Of a DNA stretch of 42,534 nt, positions 1 through 9,875 are shown one piece after another (positions within the stretch are counted from its first letter, which is position 1; each line of letters starts with the position of its first letter). The position numbers and the translations under genes were made by a program. This DNA is from a virus (lineage: Duplodnaviria; Caudoviricetes), in IMG/VR virus record IMGVR_UViG_3300024246_000045, positions 1-42,534 of that record, one strand, 5' to 3'. The notes beneath the pieces were generated by a model. That model had not been told where the DNA came from. It did not search any database and saw only the letters and a program-made list of their open reading frames with translations.

Positions 1-447
1 TCACGCGCTTGTCGTGTACACTCCGTCGACATCGTAGGTGTCGGTGTTCGCGGCGTTTGCCGTCGCCTCCATACGGAAACCGGTGACGAATACTGCTGGT
101 ACCGTAACCGCGCTGATGTTGCTCGTGAACCCGAAGCCGCTGAGTGACACGGTCGGAACCGAAACACGGCGATGCCGGAAGTTATAGTTCGCCGCGTGAA
201 TTTCGCTCGCCGCAGTTGATCGCCATCGAAGGCCGACCGAGCCAGCTTCGGCGCCGATCCTGAAGGTTTCGCCGTAGAACGTTGCGAGCTGCCCTGTGAC
301 GGCCGCGCCACCAATTCCGAGCACGCCGTTCGTGAAGTCCATGCGGAGAAGGTCCTGCACGATTGCTCGGATATTCTCGCGGATCTCTGCGTCGTACAGC
401 GGCCAGGTTGCCTCGTTGCCATCAGGTTTCGTCAGATCAAAAGCCAT
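1..447 (-). CDS. Tail-associated/hypothetical virion protein
   Basis: 148-aa ORF directly downstream of the tail tip gene; beta-rich composition. Confidence 0.55.
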   Translation of the reverse strand: MAFDLTKPDGNEATWPLYDAEIRENIRAIVQDLLRMDFTNGVLGIGGAAVTGQLATFYGETFRIGAEAGSVGLRWRSTAASEIHAANYNFRHRRVSVPTVSLSGFGFTSNISAVTVPAVFVTGFRMEATANAANTDTYDVDGVYTTSA

Positions 448-468
448 ACGCCACCCCCGTCAAAAAAA

Positions 469-3336
469 CTACCAAAAGAACGCCGCGACCGTGCCAGCGT
501 TGTCGATGAGCTTGTAATTAAATGTGACGGCTGCGACAGCCGCACCCGCCACGTCGTAGGATTTGAAGCGGACCGCCATCCCTCCGACGTCGATGTTGTC
601 GACGATCACCACACGGTTGCTCGATCCGGCGACGATAACCGTCGCCGAGAGCCAGCGCGTTCCGGTCACGGCACCGAATGGTTTGTATCCATGGCTGATG
701 GTCACCAGCCCGCTTCCGTCTGTCGTCGCTGTTCCTTCGGCAAACGTGAACGTCTTCTTCTCGACAGAGTCGCCGAAGAGGTTGCCGAAACCATCATCAG
801 AAACGATCTGCTGGTAGAAGGGGCTGTTTGTGGACAGGCGCAGACCACCGAAGTACACAGCGGAGTCGGGCGGTGTGAGGATGACGTTTCCATAGTTCTT
901 CGAAGTGAGGGTAAGGCCGAACCAAGGCTGCGCGATCGCGACGTTTTGCGGGGTGTCGAGACCAGCATGCATTACCGAAAGCAGCCGAACCCGATGCTCC
1001 GCGAGTCTCTGGAATCCCACGAACCCGTAGATCTCGCCCTGGGCGTTCGTCGGTAGTGGGGCCCACAAAGGTGCTCCTCCACGGCGAGGATCGTCAATCA
1101 GGGTTCTCCACTGCGCGAGGGTGTAGCTGTGTGCGGCTCTCTCGGTCTCGGCTGCAACTCGTCCGACGTCGGTTCGACAGAGCCAGGCGCGCACTGCTGC
1201 CAACCCGTTCGCCCTCGCCCCCAGCGTCTCCGATACGAAGAGATTGCCGGAACCACGCCAGAGGCCTCCCTGACTGCCAGCGCCGAGGAGGCGCGTGAAA
1301 TCAGCCGAGGACCATCCGATGCGGTTGCTGACCTCGGCCGCCTTGGCGCCTACGGCGTTCATAACGATGTCGAAGGTAGCGGGATTGGCCGAGTAGCCAC
1401 CACTCGCGTCGATGGCCTTGACGAAGTAGCGGTACTGCGTCCCAAAGGGCGGTGAATCCGGCCAGTGCAGAACCTTGGTCTGTCCGGCGTAGACCGCCGT
1501 CGACCATGTGTCGGTTGGAAGCCCTCGGCGAATTTCGTAGGAGGTGATGTCCGTGTCGGCCGACGCCTGCCACCACAAAAAGACCTGCGCGCCGTTTGCT
1601 CCGCCTGTCAGCCCGACGACGTCGGACGGCAGCGTCGTCTTGCCGACGAACGTCGTCGCCGGCGTCTTCACGGCGCCGGCGCTCTTCGGACCGAACTTCG
1701 ATCGCGTGATGAACTTGAACGAGTATGGAACGTTCAGATCGTTGATGGAGTCGAAGGTCAACGGGACCACCGAACCGCTCCCGCCCGGGAAATCGCTGTA
1801 GTAGCGATACGCCCCGCCGTTGATGGAAAACCACAGCTCGACGGCGTCAAGAAAGTAGAAGTTCGGATTCGTGATCTGAATGCGCGCACGGGTCTTTACC
1901 GTACCGGCATTGAGATACGGCTCCTCGACGATCGTCACGCTCGCGAGGCTGACATCCGGCGGCACGTCGCCAGGCTGCGGGAGCGTCGAAGGCGTCTTCG
2001 CGACCGCGGCGACGACGTCGTTCGAGTAGCGCGCGGCGTTGTACTCGAGGAGTACGACATCGAAGAGCGTCTTGCGCGTGCTCTTGGTCTTGCTGAGTAG
2101 TCTGCCGGTGAACGAGAGCCCTCGCGCATTGAGAGCCTGAGTCACCAGGTCGCCGAGCAGGCTGGCCGAGGTCGTAGCGTTCCAGCGGACGCGCACCTGC
2201 ATGTCGAAGGCGTAGCTGTTGGCGATGTAGACGGCGCGCGACTGCCCCATCCCCTCGTCATGAATCCACGGCATCTTGTAGGTGATCGGCGAGTCGTCCT
2301 CGGTGCCTGCCGGCGTGCCCGCGGGGATTGCAAAGACCTGTTTGGGCTTCCAGTCGTTCGTCACGTCCGTGATCTCGACGATGACCTTCGTCGGCCGCTC
2401 CAGATCGTCCTCACGAAAGCCCTGCGGCTTGAACGAACGCGAAAGGGCGCTGTCTCCGTAGCTCGCGACCGCGGAGCCAGGGCGATCGCACACGACCTTC
2501 CACTTGCCGTTCTCGAAAAAGAAGTATGAATCGGTCATCAGCCGGAACGACTTGATCACGTCGTCAGGATTGACCGCTTCCAGCATGAGCATGTGGCCGG
2601 TGAAACGAATCCTCGAGCCAACCGCCTGGTCGGCGATATTCGCGGCGTCGATGAACGACTGTTTGTTGACCCGCGCCGCCGGAAGATTCTTGCCTTCAGG
2701 ATCGAGGAGAAAGTCGTACCACTGCACGATCAGGTTCTCAGAGTAGGCGCGCGCGTCGGTCCTGGGATCGATCGGCTTGTACATCCGCATCTCCCAAAGG
2801 AGATTCGGAATCTGCGGCCAGTTGACGTCGAGCCTGAAGAGATGGACGACCGCGTGAATCGTTCCTGGGAATGCCTCGTTCCAGCTCGGATCGACAGCGG
2901 CAAGGTGCGTGTCGACGGTGCCGGTGGGTGTGCCGGGATACCACCAGAACTCGATGCCATTCAGCGCCGTGGCATCGACGCCGTCCTTGGTGCATTGGAT
3001 GAGGGCATCGGCCTCACCTTTTCCGAGCTCGATGACGAGCCAGACGTCGTTCGTTCCCTGTTTGAACGTGTATTGCAGTTTGCCCGCAACGCGCTGGCGG
3101 GCGTAGCCCCAAGCTCGGACCCCGTCCACTCCCGGCAGCATTACTTCGCGCGTTCCCTGGGCGACGCGCTCGGTGACGTCTGGATGTGTGATCTCGATCG
3201 TCGGAGGGATATAGACGTCAGGAGGCAGCCCAGGAGGAGCAGCGGCATGCCTCCGGCCTCCGCTGGGCGCAGGCGCCCCCGTGTTGATCGGGTCGACAGG
3301 GTCGTGCGGCGTCAGCGTGGAAGGGGTGAACGCCAT
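469..3336 (-). CDS. Tail tip / central fibre (host-specificity J-like) protein with a fibronectin type III domain
   Basis: Large ORF after tape measure and hub genes; FN3 pattern (PSDV..VFLWW..YEIRRG..YRYFVKAID); start at ATG 3336 from the TGATG overlap with the upstream stop. Confidence 0.8.
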   Translation of the reverse strand: MAFTPSTLTPHDPVDPINTGAPAPSGGRRHAAAPPGLPPDVYIPPTIEITHPDVTERVAQGTREVMLPGVDGVRAWGYARQRVAGKLQYTFKQGTNDVWLVIELGKGEADALIQCTKDGVDATALNGIEFWWYPGTPTGTVDTHLAAVDPSWNEAFPGTIHAVVHLFRLDVNWPQIPNLLWEMRMYKPIDPRTDARAYSENLIVQWYDFLLDPEGKNLPAARVNKQSFIDAANIADQAVGSRIRFTGHMLMLEAVNPDDVIKSFRLMTDSYFFFENGKWKVVCDRPGSAVASYGDSALSRSFKPQGFREDDLERPTKVIVEITDVTNDWKPKQVFAIPAGTPAGTEDDSPITYKMPWIHDEGMGQSRAVYIANSYAFDMQVRVRWNATTSASLLGDLVTQALNARGLSFTGRLLSKTKSTRKTLFDVVLLEYNAARYSNDVVAAVAKTPSTLPQPGDVPPDVSLASVTIVEEPYLNAGTVKTRARIQITNPNFYFLDAVELWFSINGGAYRYYSDFPGGSGSVVPLTFDSINDLNVPYSFKFITRSKFGPKSAGAVKTPATTFVGKTTLPSDVVGLTGGANGAQVFLWWQASADTDITSYEIRRGLPTDTWSTAVYAGQTKVLHWPDSPPFGTQYRYFVKAIDASGGYSANPATFDIVMNAVGAKAAEVSNRIGWSSADFTRLLGAGSQGGLWRGSGNLFVSETLGARANGLAAVRAWLCRTDVGRVAAETERAAHSYTLAQWRTLIDDPRRGGAPLWAPLPTNAQGEIYGFVGFQRLAEHRVRLLSVMHAGLDTPQNVAIAQPWFGLTLTSKNYGNVILTPPDSAVYFGGLRLSTNSPFYQQIVSDDGFGNLFGDSVEKKTFTFAEGTATTDGSGLVTISHGYKPFGAVTGTRWLSATVIVAGSSNRVVIVDNIDVGGMAVRFKSYDVAGAAVAAVTFNYKLIDNAGTVAAFFW

Positions 3337-3911
3337 CAGGCCACCTTCTCGTAGAACTCCAGATCCAGAATCCAGAGGTTCGCTTCGTTGTGCCGGGGCG
3401 ACCACTTGCGGGTGATGTAGATGACCGTGTAGCGGCGCCGCGCCGAGGCCGCATCCAGCGTGATCAGGTGTGCGTTCGCCCGCGCGGATGTGAACGAGAT
3501 CTGATCCTCGCCATCAGCTCCGGTACCGGTGAGGATCGTGTAAGCGGAACCCGACACTGCGGCGCCGTTATCTTTGACCGTTGCGCCGCTTACCTCCTTC
3601 GCGGGGATCGTGAAGACCGTTTGAACGCCATTCCCGGTTCCGCAGGCCAGCGCCGTAGCCGCGTGCGGATCGAAGTCGAAGATCGAGAAACCGACGTTCG
3701 AATCCTTCTGCGCGAGGTAGTGCGGCCGCACGAGCGTGTCCAGATCAGCGCCCTGTAGCAACTTCCAGTGCGCGATCCCGTGAAACGGCTCGGCCGGATC
3801 GTAGATGTCGATCTGCGGGATGCCGTCCGCGCTCATATCAATGTCGCCAAGCGACTCGAGCGTGATCTCCCATCCGGCGTCCGGGTAGATGTCAGGAAAG
3901 GGGTTTGCCAT
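3336..3911 (-). CDS. Distal-tail-like protein (DUF2460/GTA-type)
   Basis: GTGNGVQTVFTI motif typical of DUF2460-like proteins; synteny. Confidence 0.6.
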   Translation of the reverse strand: MANPFPDIYPDAGWEITLESLGDIDMSADGIPQIDIYDPAEPFHGIAHWKLLQGADLDTLVRPHYLAQKDSNVGFSIFDFDPHAATALACGTGNGVQTVFTIPAKEVSGATVKDNGAAVSGSAYTILTGTGADGEDQISFTSARANAHLITLDAASARRRYTVIYITRKWSPRHNEANLWILDLEFYEKVA

Positions 3912-3914
3912 CGC

Positions 3915-4406
3915 TCAGTTGCCTCCCGTGAACCATGGCTGTTTGGTGCCGGCGGCCGGCGGAGTGTGCGAGGTCATGAGCGTCTTCGATTGCTTCGATG
4001 GCGAGGGACCGCGGCGGCCCATGTCGGCGTGGCATTGGATGACGACGAGCGGTCCATCAAACGCCGGCCGGCCGAGAAGGCCGGTGAACCAGACCTCGGT
4101 CGTAGTGATGTTCCAGCTCGCGTCGAACTTGACCTTGGTGATGGTGATGACGGCGCGGCGATTGGCCGCGTCGGAAACCAGGTCGGTCGCGAGGTTGTCG
4201 GCGTTGCCGATCGTCAGAGACAGCGACACCGGCGAGGGCGAGTCCTCTTCGGTGAGGTCGGGGATCTCGAGGTGTCGCGTCGAGTAGAAGACGCTCGCGA
4301 CGATGAGTCCGTGCAGGCCATTCGAAGCGACAGCCCGATAGGACGTCCAACGCCTCGGCGTCGGCGTCAGAATCTCAACGATGACGTTGTGCGCGAGGAC
4401 GTTCAT
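3915..4406 (-). CDS. Minor tail / baseplate hub-like protein
   Basis: Follows tape measure with ATGA overlap; LSLTIGNAD...WFTG pattern of siphovirus minor tail proteins. Confidence 0.6.
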   Translation of the reverse strand: MNVLAHNVIVEILTPTPRRWTSYRAVASNGLHGLIVASVFYSTRHLEIPDLTEEDSPSPVSLSLTIGNADNLATDLVSDAANRRAVITITKVKFDASWNITTTEVWFTGLLGRPAFDGPLVVIQCHADMGRRGPSPSKQSKTLMTSHTPPAAGTKQPWFTGGN

Positions 4407-7400
4407 CTCCGACCTCCCGTCCTCGATCTGAAGCTGTCCGGGTTGCGCTGAAACTGAATCTTCACGGTCTGCACGGCCTGCCTTGCAGCGGCGTCGACCA
4501 GGCCATCAGCATTCACGTCGACGGCGACCTGCATCGACCCGCCGATCTCGAAACCATCGAGCGCGTCCCGGATCGCCCTGGCAGCACTCTGCCAGGACTC
4601 CTCATCCGCTCCGCCGCCGGTGCGCGATGGGCCAGTCTGCGGCACGTAAGCGACCATTTGACCGTCGCCGCCAGCGGTTGCCCAGTCGTGCAGATGGCGC
4701 AGATCCTCGGTCGCCGCTCTCAGAGCGCTGCCGAATGCGTTGACGTCCGCGGTGGCGTAAAGCGGCGGTAGCGGTTCTGGATCGTTAGGGCCGGGGTTTT
4801 TGTCGCCGCCGTCACCTCCGCCCGGATTGGGGTTGGTCGACGGCGGCTTGAGCGCATCGGCCGCGCCGAGCAGGGCCGTGGCGGCCTGCTGGAGCATCGT
4901 GGCAGCCTTCTGATTCTGGTCGACGATCTCCTGCTGGGCGACGGCGATCCGCGAGTCGCGCACCGCTTCGATGTCTTTGAGGATGCCGAGCAGCTTGTCG
5001 CGGTTTTCCTTGTTGTCGGGCGCCAGGCCGAGCGCGGACTGAACGTAGGAGTTCATCTTCTGCTCGATCGCGGCGATGTCCTTCGGATCGGTGGCCCGCT
5101 TCAGATCCTCGCGGAGGTTCGTGAGCTGCCCGTAGTAGTAGTCCATCTTCTGCTGGTCACCCATGCCGGCAAGCTGGACCTGTTCCTGGAGGGACTGGTT
5201 GGCGTCGTGAAGTTGCTTCTGCTCGGCGATGAGCTGCTCGGTGGCAGCGAGCGACTCGTCGTAGTACTGGCGCGAGAGCTCGTTGAGATGCTCCTGGGCG
5301 GCGATGATGTCGTCGACGTCGGTGAGCTTGGACATCGACGCCACGCCCAGACCGATCTGGGCGTTGATGTCACGCAGCTTGCCGGCCTCGGTCTGATTGA
5401 GAGCCTTGTTCGCGTCCTCGACGAGCGAGCCGCCGATCTTTCCCTTCCAGTCGTTCGCCTCGAGGACGGCCTTGAAGAATCGCTGCACGGCGTCGTGCAG
5501 CTCCTGCCCGGTGAGCGTTCCCCACTCGGCGAACATCTCCTGAGCGCGGCCGTATTGGACGCCCATGAGCGACATCGCCTTGGCGATCGCCTCATGGTAG
5601 GCGCCGTAAACCGCCTTCGGCATCTTCTCGCCAAGGAAGTCCTGAAGCGATGTGAGGGCGTTCTCGTCGCGGATGTCGCCCTCTTCCACGCCGCCCGAGA
5701 GGTTGAACTTCGGCGGCGGCATCGAGGCCATCTGGTCTTTGAGATCCTGCGGGAGCAGGTCGATGATGTCCTGCCAGGACTTGAGCGTTTCCTTGGTCTT
5801 GCGGCGAATCTGAACAAGCAGGTCCTCGCGCGCCTGCGGCGAGATGCCCTTCTCGGTGACGTCAATGCTTCCGCCGCCGGCGAACAGATCCGTCGACTCG
5901 TTTGGCAGGTAGACGTGATTGGACTTGCCTCGCAGGGAGTCGATCGAGACGCCGGACATCGCCACCTTGATGGAGTCGGTGCCCTTCTGAATCACTGACC
6001 CGATCGCCGTGCCGAGCGCGGCGCCTACCACCGTGCCTACGACAGTTCCGATTCCGGGGAAAATTGACCCTATGATCGCGCCAATCGCGCCACCTGCTGT
6101 GCCACCCAAAGCCGCCTGATTGTTCGGTCCCCCGAAAGCCCCGCCGATGAAAGAACCGAAGCCGGCACCTTGAACGCCAGCATCAAGCAAACTGCCGCTG
6201 TCGGTCATCGGGTTCCCGCCAGCCTTCCTGAGCCCGTCGAACATCGTCTTGAGCTGCCCGGTGACCGATCCGCCGTTGGTGAGGATCTGCGCGAAGATGT
6301 GTGCCCAACTCTTGCCGAGTGTCTGGCTCAGATCTCCAAGTTCCTTGGCCAGATCCACGTTGTGGCTCATGAGGTCCGTGAAGAAGGTCTCGGTCTCGCC
6401 GGTCAGCGCCTGGCGCGAGGCAAGTGCGGCATCGCGCACGAGCTGCGGGACCTTCTCGTAGGAGTCCGCGATCATCTCGGCGGTCTTCTTCGCCCAGGCG
6501 GTCGTTGCCTTGAGGTCCTCGTCGCGGGCCTTGTTGGCGTGATCGAGCGCGAGCTGATCGAGCGCGTTCTTCTTCACGGCGAGCGCCGTGTATTCGAGAC
6601 CCGAGGCGGAGAGATACTTGCTGGCATCCTCGAATTCGCGCTGGTTCTTGGCGAGCGCCATCTGCAGCTCGCGCTCGATCGCGTCGTGAATGACGTCGAG
6701 TCGTGCGTCTTCGATCGTCCGCTGCACGTCGGTGCCGATGTCGCGGACCTTGTCACCACGCTGTAGCTGCGCGCGGTCGGCCGCCACCTTGTCGAGCGCG
6801 GCTTTCTTGTCGGCGAGCGCCTGGTATTCCTTGCTCGACGCGTCCAGGCCTTTTTTCGCGTCTTCGAATTCGCGCTGGTCTTTGGCGAGCGTCATCTGCA
6901 GCTCGCGCTCGATCGAGTCGCGGATCACGTCGAGCCGCGCATCCTCGATCGCACGCTGGGTGTCGATCTTCGTCTGTTTGGTTTTCTGAGGATTGTCCCT
7001 GGCGATGGCCGAGGCCTCACCCGTTGCTCCCCACACCGACTCGATGTCCTTCTCGCGCTTGGTGAATTCGTCCGCGGACATGAACTTCCCGAGCGCCGCC
7101 TTCTGCTTTGCCAGCTCGTCGAGCTTCTGCTGCCGGACGTCGGCGATCTTGGCCAGCTCGGTCGCCACCGGATCACCCGCAGCGTCAAGATCGCGGTGAA
7201 AGGTCGAGATGTCCCGCTTCCACGAACGCCGCAGCTCGTCGATCGAGCGCTGCTGCTCTTCGGTCGGCTGGGGCTTGATAGGCTTGCCTTTCAGCTTCGG
7301 ACCGGTGTTCTTGGCGATGGCCGCGGCTTCCTCGTCGAACTTGCGCTCAGCCTCCCGCATCTCCTGAATCGTCAGCTTCCCGTCCGTGACATAGGCAGCG

Positions 7401-8893
7401 AGGATGTCGTGCATTCGCTGGTTCGCGCCGCGGTCGGTCGTGAAGTGGTTTTTCTCGGAGAAGTAGCCGAGCTCCTGTTCGACCCCACCCCGGTCCATAG
7501 TCGTCGTGAACTGCGGGAACGTCAGCCCTTTACGTTTGTCCTCGAGGAAGCTCTTCCCTTCGTTGCGGGCTGCGATGTCGAGCACTTCTTTGCCCGGACC
7601 GACTGACTCCCGCTTGACCTTGTCTAGGATCTCTTCGATGTCGGTACCGGTGACCACTTGCCCCGTGGCGGACTGCCACGCGGCACGCAGCAGCGCCTTG
7701 CCGGACAAGTTCTGAAGTGCTTCCACCGTGGCGGGAATGTCCTCGGCGATCATCACGGCCGCCTCGGCCAGGAAGACGAATGCTTTGGCGAGCTCGGTGA
7801 CGCCCTTGATGAAGTCCGGGTTGAACACGGCCTTCCCGGCGTCGTCGAAGCTCACGATCTCGTTGGTGAGGGCGAGGATTGCCTTTGTGACTCCTTCGAC
7901 CTCTCCACTGGTTCCCTCGCCGAGCGCCTGGTCGATGGCATCCTGAAGGTTGGAGAGCGAGCCGGCCAGAGTATTCGACGCTTCCTCTCCCGCCTTCTGG
8001 AAGGAGGACATCTTCTTCATGAGGAAGTCGTAGTAGGTCAGCTGCTGTTTCATCTGCTCGACTTGCTGCTTCGTCGTGTCGCCGAGCAGAGCGTTGGCGA
8101 GCTGGTTATCCGGACCTTTCTCGCCCTGGATGAGAGCGCGGATCTCCTGGCCGAGACGATCACCAGGAATGCCGAGCGCGCCGCCGGTCTGCGCGATCGC
8201 CTGGACGAAGTTGACGATCTTCGTCGGATCGGCAATGCCGGCTCCCAGCATCGGCCCCAAGCCCTCCTGCATCACCTGCACGAGATCTTTGTAATTGGCC
8301 GACGTGGCGAGGGCGGCGATCTTGAGACGCTCCTGCAGCTTCTCGGAGATCTGGAGCGAAGCGTTCCACCGATCCTGCCCCTGGAGCACCTTGTCGTTCT
8401 GGTCGGTGATCTCACCGAGACCCGACACCAGTGCGGCCATGCCGAGCCTCGACTGCTGCATGATCGAGTTCTGCTCGAGGCCGCGCTTGACCAGGTAGAG
8501 ACCGAGTGCGGAGCCCGCGGCCGCGGCGGCAGAGGCGTAGGTAGTGAGCCAGCCGACGTTCGTCTGAAGGGCCTTGCCGAAGTCGGAAGTTGCCGCGCTG
8601 GCGTCCGTGGTCGAATGCTTGAAGAATCCGAAGAGGGAGTTGGTCCGCTGCATCGCGGTCGCGCGCGCGGCTTCCGCCGCGTTGACTCGGTCGATCGCGT
8701 CCTTGAGCTTGTCGGTCTCGCTCCAGTAGACGGCGTGCGAGCTCGCGGCACCACGCGCGGCCGAACCGGCGCGCGTCGATGCGGCCGCGAACTTGTCGAC
8801 CTTCCCTGTCGCGCGGTCAAGAACGACGCTGCCGTCGTCCTGCACGCGAAGGGTGACTGTCATCACCTTTCCGGTCTCGCCCATCACGCCCAC
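4403..8893 (-). CDS. Tape measure protein
   Basis: 1496 aa, helical/Ala-rich, with a Gly-rich hydrophobic segment (GGAIGAIIGSIFPGIG); lies downstream of the tail chaperones. Confidence 0.92.
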   Translation of the reverse strand: MGVMGETGKVMTVTLRVQDDGSVVLDRATGKVDKFAAASTRAGSAARGAASSHAVYWSETDKLKDAIDRVNAAEAARATAMQRTNSLFGFFKHSTTDASAATSDFGKALQTNVGWLTTYASAAAAAGSALGLYLVKRGLEQNSIMQQSRLGMAALVSGLGEITDQNDKVLQGQDRWNASLQISEKLQERLKIAALATSANYKDLVQVMQEGLGPMLGAGIADPTKIVNFVQAIAQTGGALGIPGDRLGQEIRALIQGEKGPDNQLANALLGDTTKQQVEQMKQQLTYYDFLMKKMSSFQKAGEEASNTLAGSLSNLQDAIDQALGEGTSGEVEGVTKAILALTNEIVSFDDAGKAVFNPDFIKGVTELAKAFVFLAEAAVMIAEDIPATVEALQNLSGKALLRAAWQSATGQVVTGTDIEEILDKVKRESVGPGKEVLDIAARNEGKSFLEDKRKGLTFPQFTTTMDRGGVEQELGYFSEKNHFTTDRGANQRMHDILAAYVTDGKLTIQEMREAERKFDEEAAAIAKNTGPKLKGKPIKPQPTEEQQRSIDELRRSWKRDISTFHRDLDAAGDPVATELAKIADVRQQKLDELAKQKAALGKFMSADEFTKREKDIESVWGATGEASAIARDNPQKTKQTKIDTQRAIEDARLDVIRDSIERELQMTLAKDQREFEDAKKGLDASSKEYQALADKKAALDKVAADRAQLQRGDKVRDIGTDVQRTIEDARLDVIHDAIERELQMALAKNQREFEDASKYLSASGLEYTALAVKKNALDQLALDHANKARDEDLKATTAWAKKTAEMIADSYEKVPQLVRDAALASRQALTGETETFFTDLMSHNVDLAKELGDLSQTLGKSWAHIFAQILTNGGSVTGQLKTMFDGLRKAGGNPMTDSGSLLDAGVQGAGFGSFIGGAFGGPNNQAALGGTAGGAIGAIIGSIFPGIGTVVGTVVGAALGTAIGSVIQKGTDSIKVAMSGVSIDSLRGKSNHVYLPNESTDLFAGGGSIDVTEKGISPQAREDLLVQIRRKTKETLKSWQDIIDLLPQDLKDQMASMPPPKFNLSGGVEEGDIRDENALTSLQDFLGEKMPKAVYGAYHEAIAKAMSLMGVQYGRAQEMFAEWGTLTGQELHDAVQRFFKAVLEANDWKGKIGGSLVEDANKALNQTEAGKLRDINAQIGLGVASMSKLTDVDDIIAAQEHLNELSRQYYDESLAATEQLIAEQKQLHDANQSLQEQVQLAGMGDQQKMDYYYGQLTNLREDLKRATDPKDIAAIEQKMNSYVQSALGLAPDNKENRDKLLGILKDIEAVRDSRIAVAQQEIVDQNQKAATMLQQAATALLGAADALKPPSTNPNPGGGDGGDKNPGPNDPEPLPPLYATADVNAFGSALRAATEDLRHLHDWATAGGDGQMVAYVPQTGPSRTGGGADEESWQSAARAIRDALDGFEIGGSMQVAVDVNADGLVDAAARQAVQTVKIQFQRNPDSFRSRTGGRR

Positions 8894-9269
8894 TCATTGC
8901 CCGGATAGCAAACGGTTTGAGAATCAGAAACTGTTCGAACACTTCACGCCGGCGCCGCTCCGGAACGATCGTTCGCAACACAAAATCGAGCGACTGATAC
9001 TTGAAGGCATAGACCCCGCCCAACGGCACGATGTCGACCTGGTCGGCCATCGCCTCCATCACGTCCCACACGAGCCACGTTTCCGCTTCCATCGGCGGCA
9101 ACGCGGCTGCCGTGCTACTCGTACCCAGCGCCGACCGCGGCGCCGGCTTGCCCATCGCCGCAGCCCGCTTTGCCGAGGCGGCGAAGCGTTCCCGCGGCGA
9201 GGCCGATGCTTCCGGCCCCGCCGCGGGCAACTTGCCGTATCGCGCCTCGGCGCGGGCTACTAGTTTTTT
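8817..9269 (-). CDS. Tail assembly chaperone GT extension (-1 frameshift product)
   Basis: Open -1 frame starting at the slippery heptamer A AAA AAC at the end of the upstream gene (KLVARAEARYGKLPAAGP...). Confidence 0.75.
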   Translation of the reverse strand, partial: KKLVARAEARYGKLPAAGPEASASPRERFAASAKRAAAMGKPAPRSALGTSSTAAALPPMEAETWLVWDVMEAMADQVDIVPLGGVYAFKYQSLDFVLRTIVPERRRREVFEQFLILKPFAIRAMSGRDGRDRKGDDSHPSRAGRRQRRS

Positions 9270-9856
9270 CGGATCAACTCGTTGTGCTCACGCCTGATGC
9301 GCGAGGACTCGCGAATGACCCATTTCCAGATAGGCTCCTGGACGACGCTCACAGCGAATCCGTCAGCGCCGACCTTTGTGTTCGCCAGCGGCTTCTTCTT
9401 GTCGTCCTCACCGACCATCGGAATCACCGTAGCCCGCACCTGGCCAGGCGCGCCGATGAACTCGCGGCCTTCCGAGTCGATGGGGATCTCGCTCGTTCCG
9501 ACGAGCTTCAAGAACCCGATCAGCCGTTTGTCGACGAGCTCGTCGGCCACGCCATTGCCGCCCGGCAGGGTCGCCGGTTTCCCGTTGACTTCGAGGTTCT
9601 TGACGTAAGCCACTCGCCCGGCGGCGACCAGAATCTCCGCCTTAGTGTCGGTCACAAAGCGCCTGACGGGATCGCCACCCCGATTGAAGATCAGAGCCCC
9701 GCGAGCGTCGCGCTCAAACTCGGTCTTGGAAACCGCCGCGGAATACGCCTCAGCCGAGTCGTACTCCATCTCGATGATGCCGATCGTTCCGCCGTCGAGG
9801 TGGTCCATGTCCACCGGGTCCGGCGCGTCGAATGAAACCTGTCGTGTCTTGCTCAA
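9260..9856 (-). CDS. Tail assembly chaperone G
   Basis: Between tail tube and tape measure; ends CGA AAA AAC TAG. Confidence 0.78.
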   Translation of the reverse strand: MSKTRQVSFDAPDPVDMDHLDGGTIGIIEMEYDSAEAYSAAVSKTEFERDARGALIFNRGGDPVRRFVTDTKAEILVAAGRVAYVKNLEVNGKPATLPGGNGVADELVDKRLIGFLKLVGTSEIPIDSEGREFIGAPGQVRATVIPMVGEDDKKKPLANTKVGADGFAVSVVQEPIWKWVIRESSRIRREHNELIRKN

Positions 9857-9875
9857 AGGTCACTCCTCTCTCTTC

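Noticed and set aside
1-3336. Diversity-generating retroelement or Gin-type invertible tail segment
   Set aside because: No reverse transcriptase, invertase or template/variable repeat pair is visible in the window; the missing left part cannot be assessed
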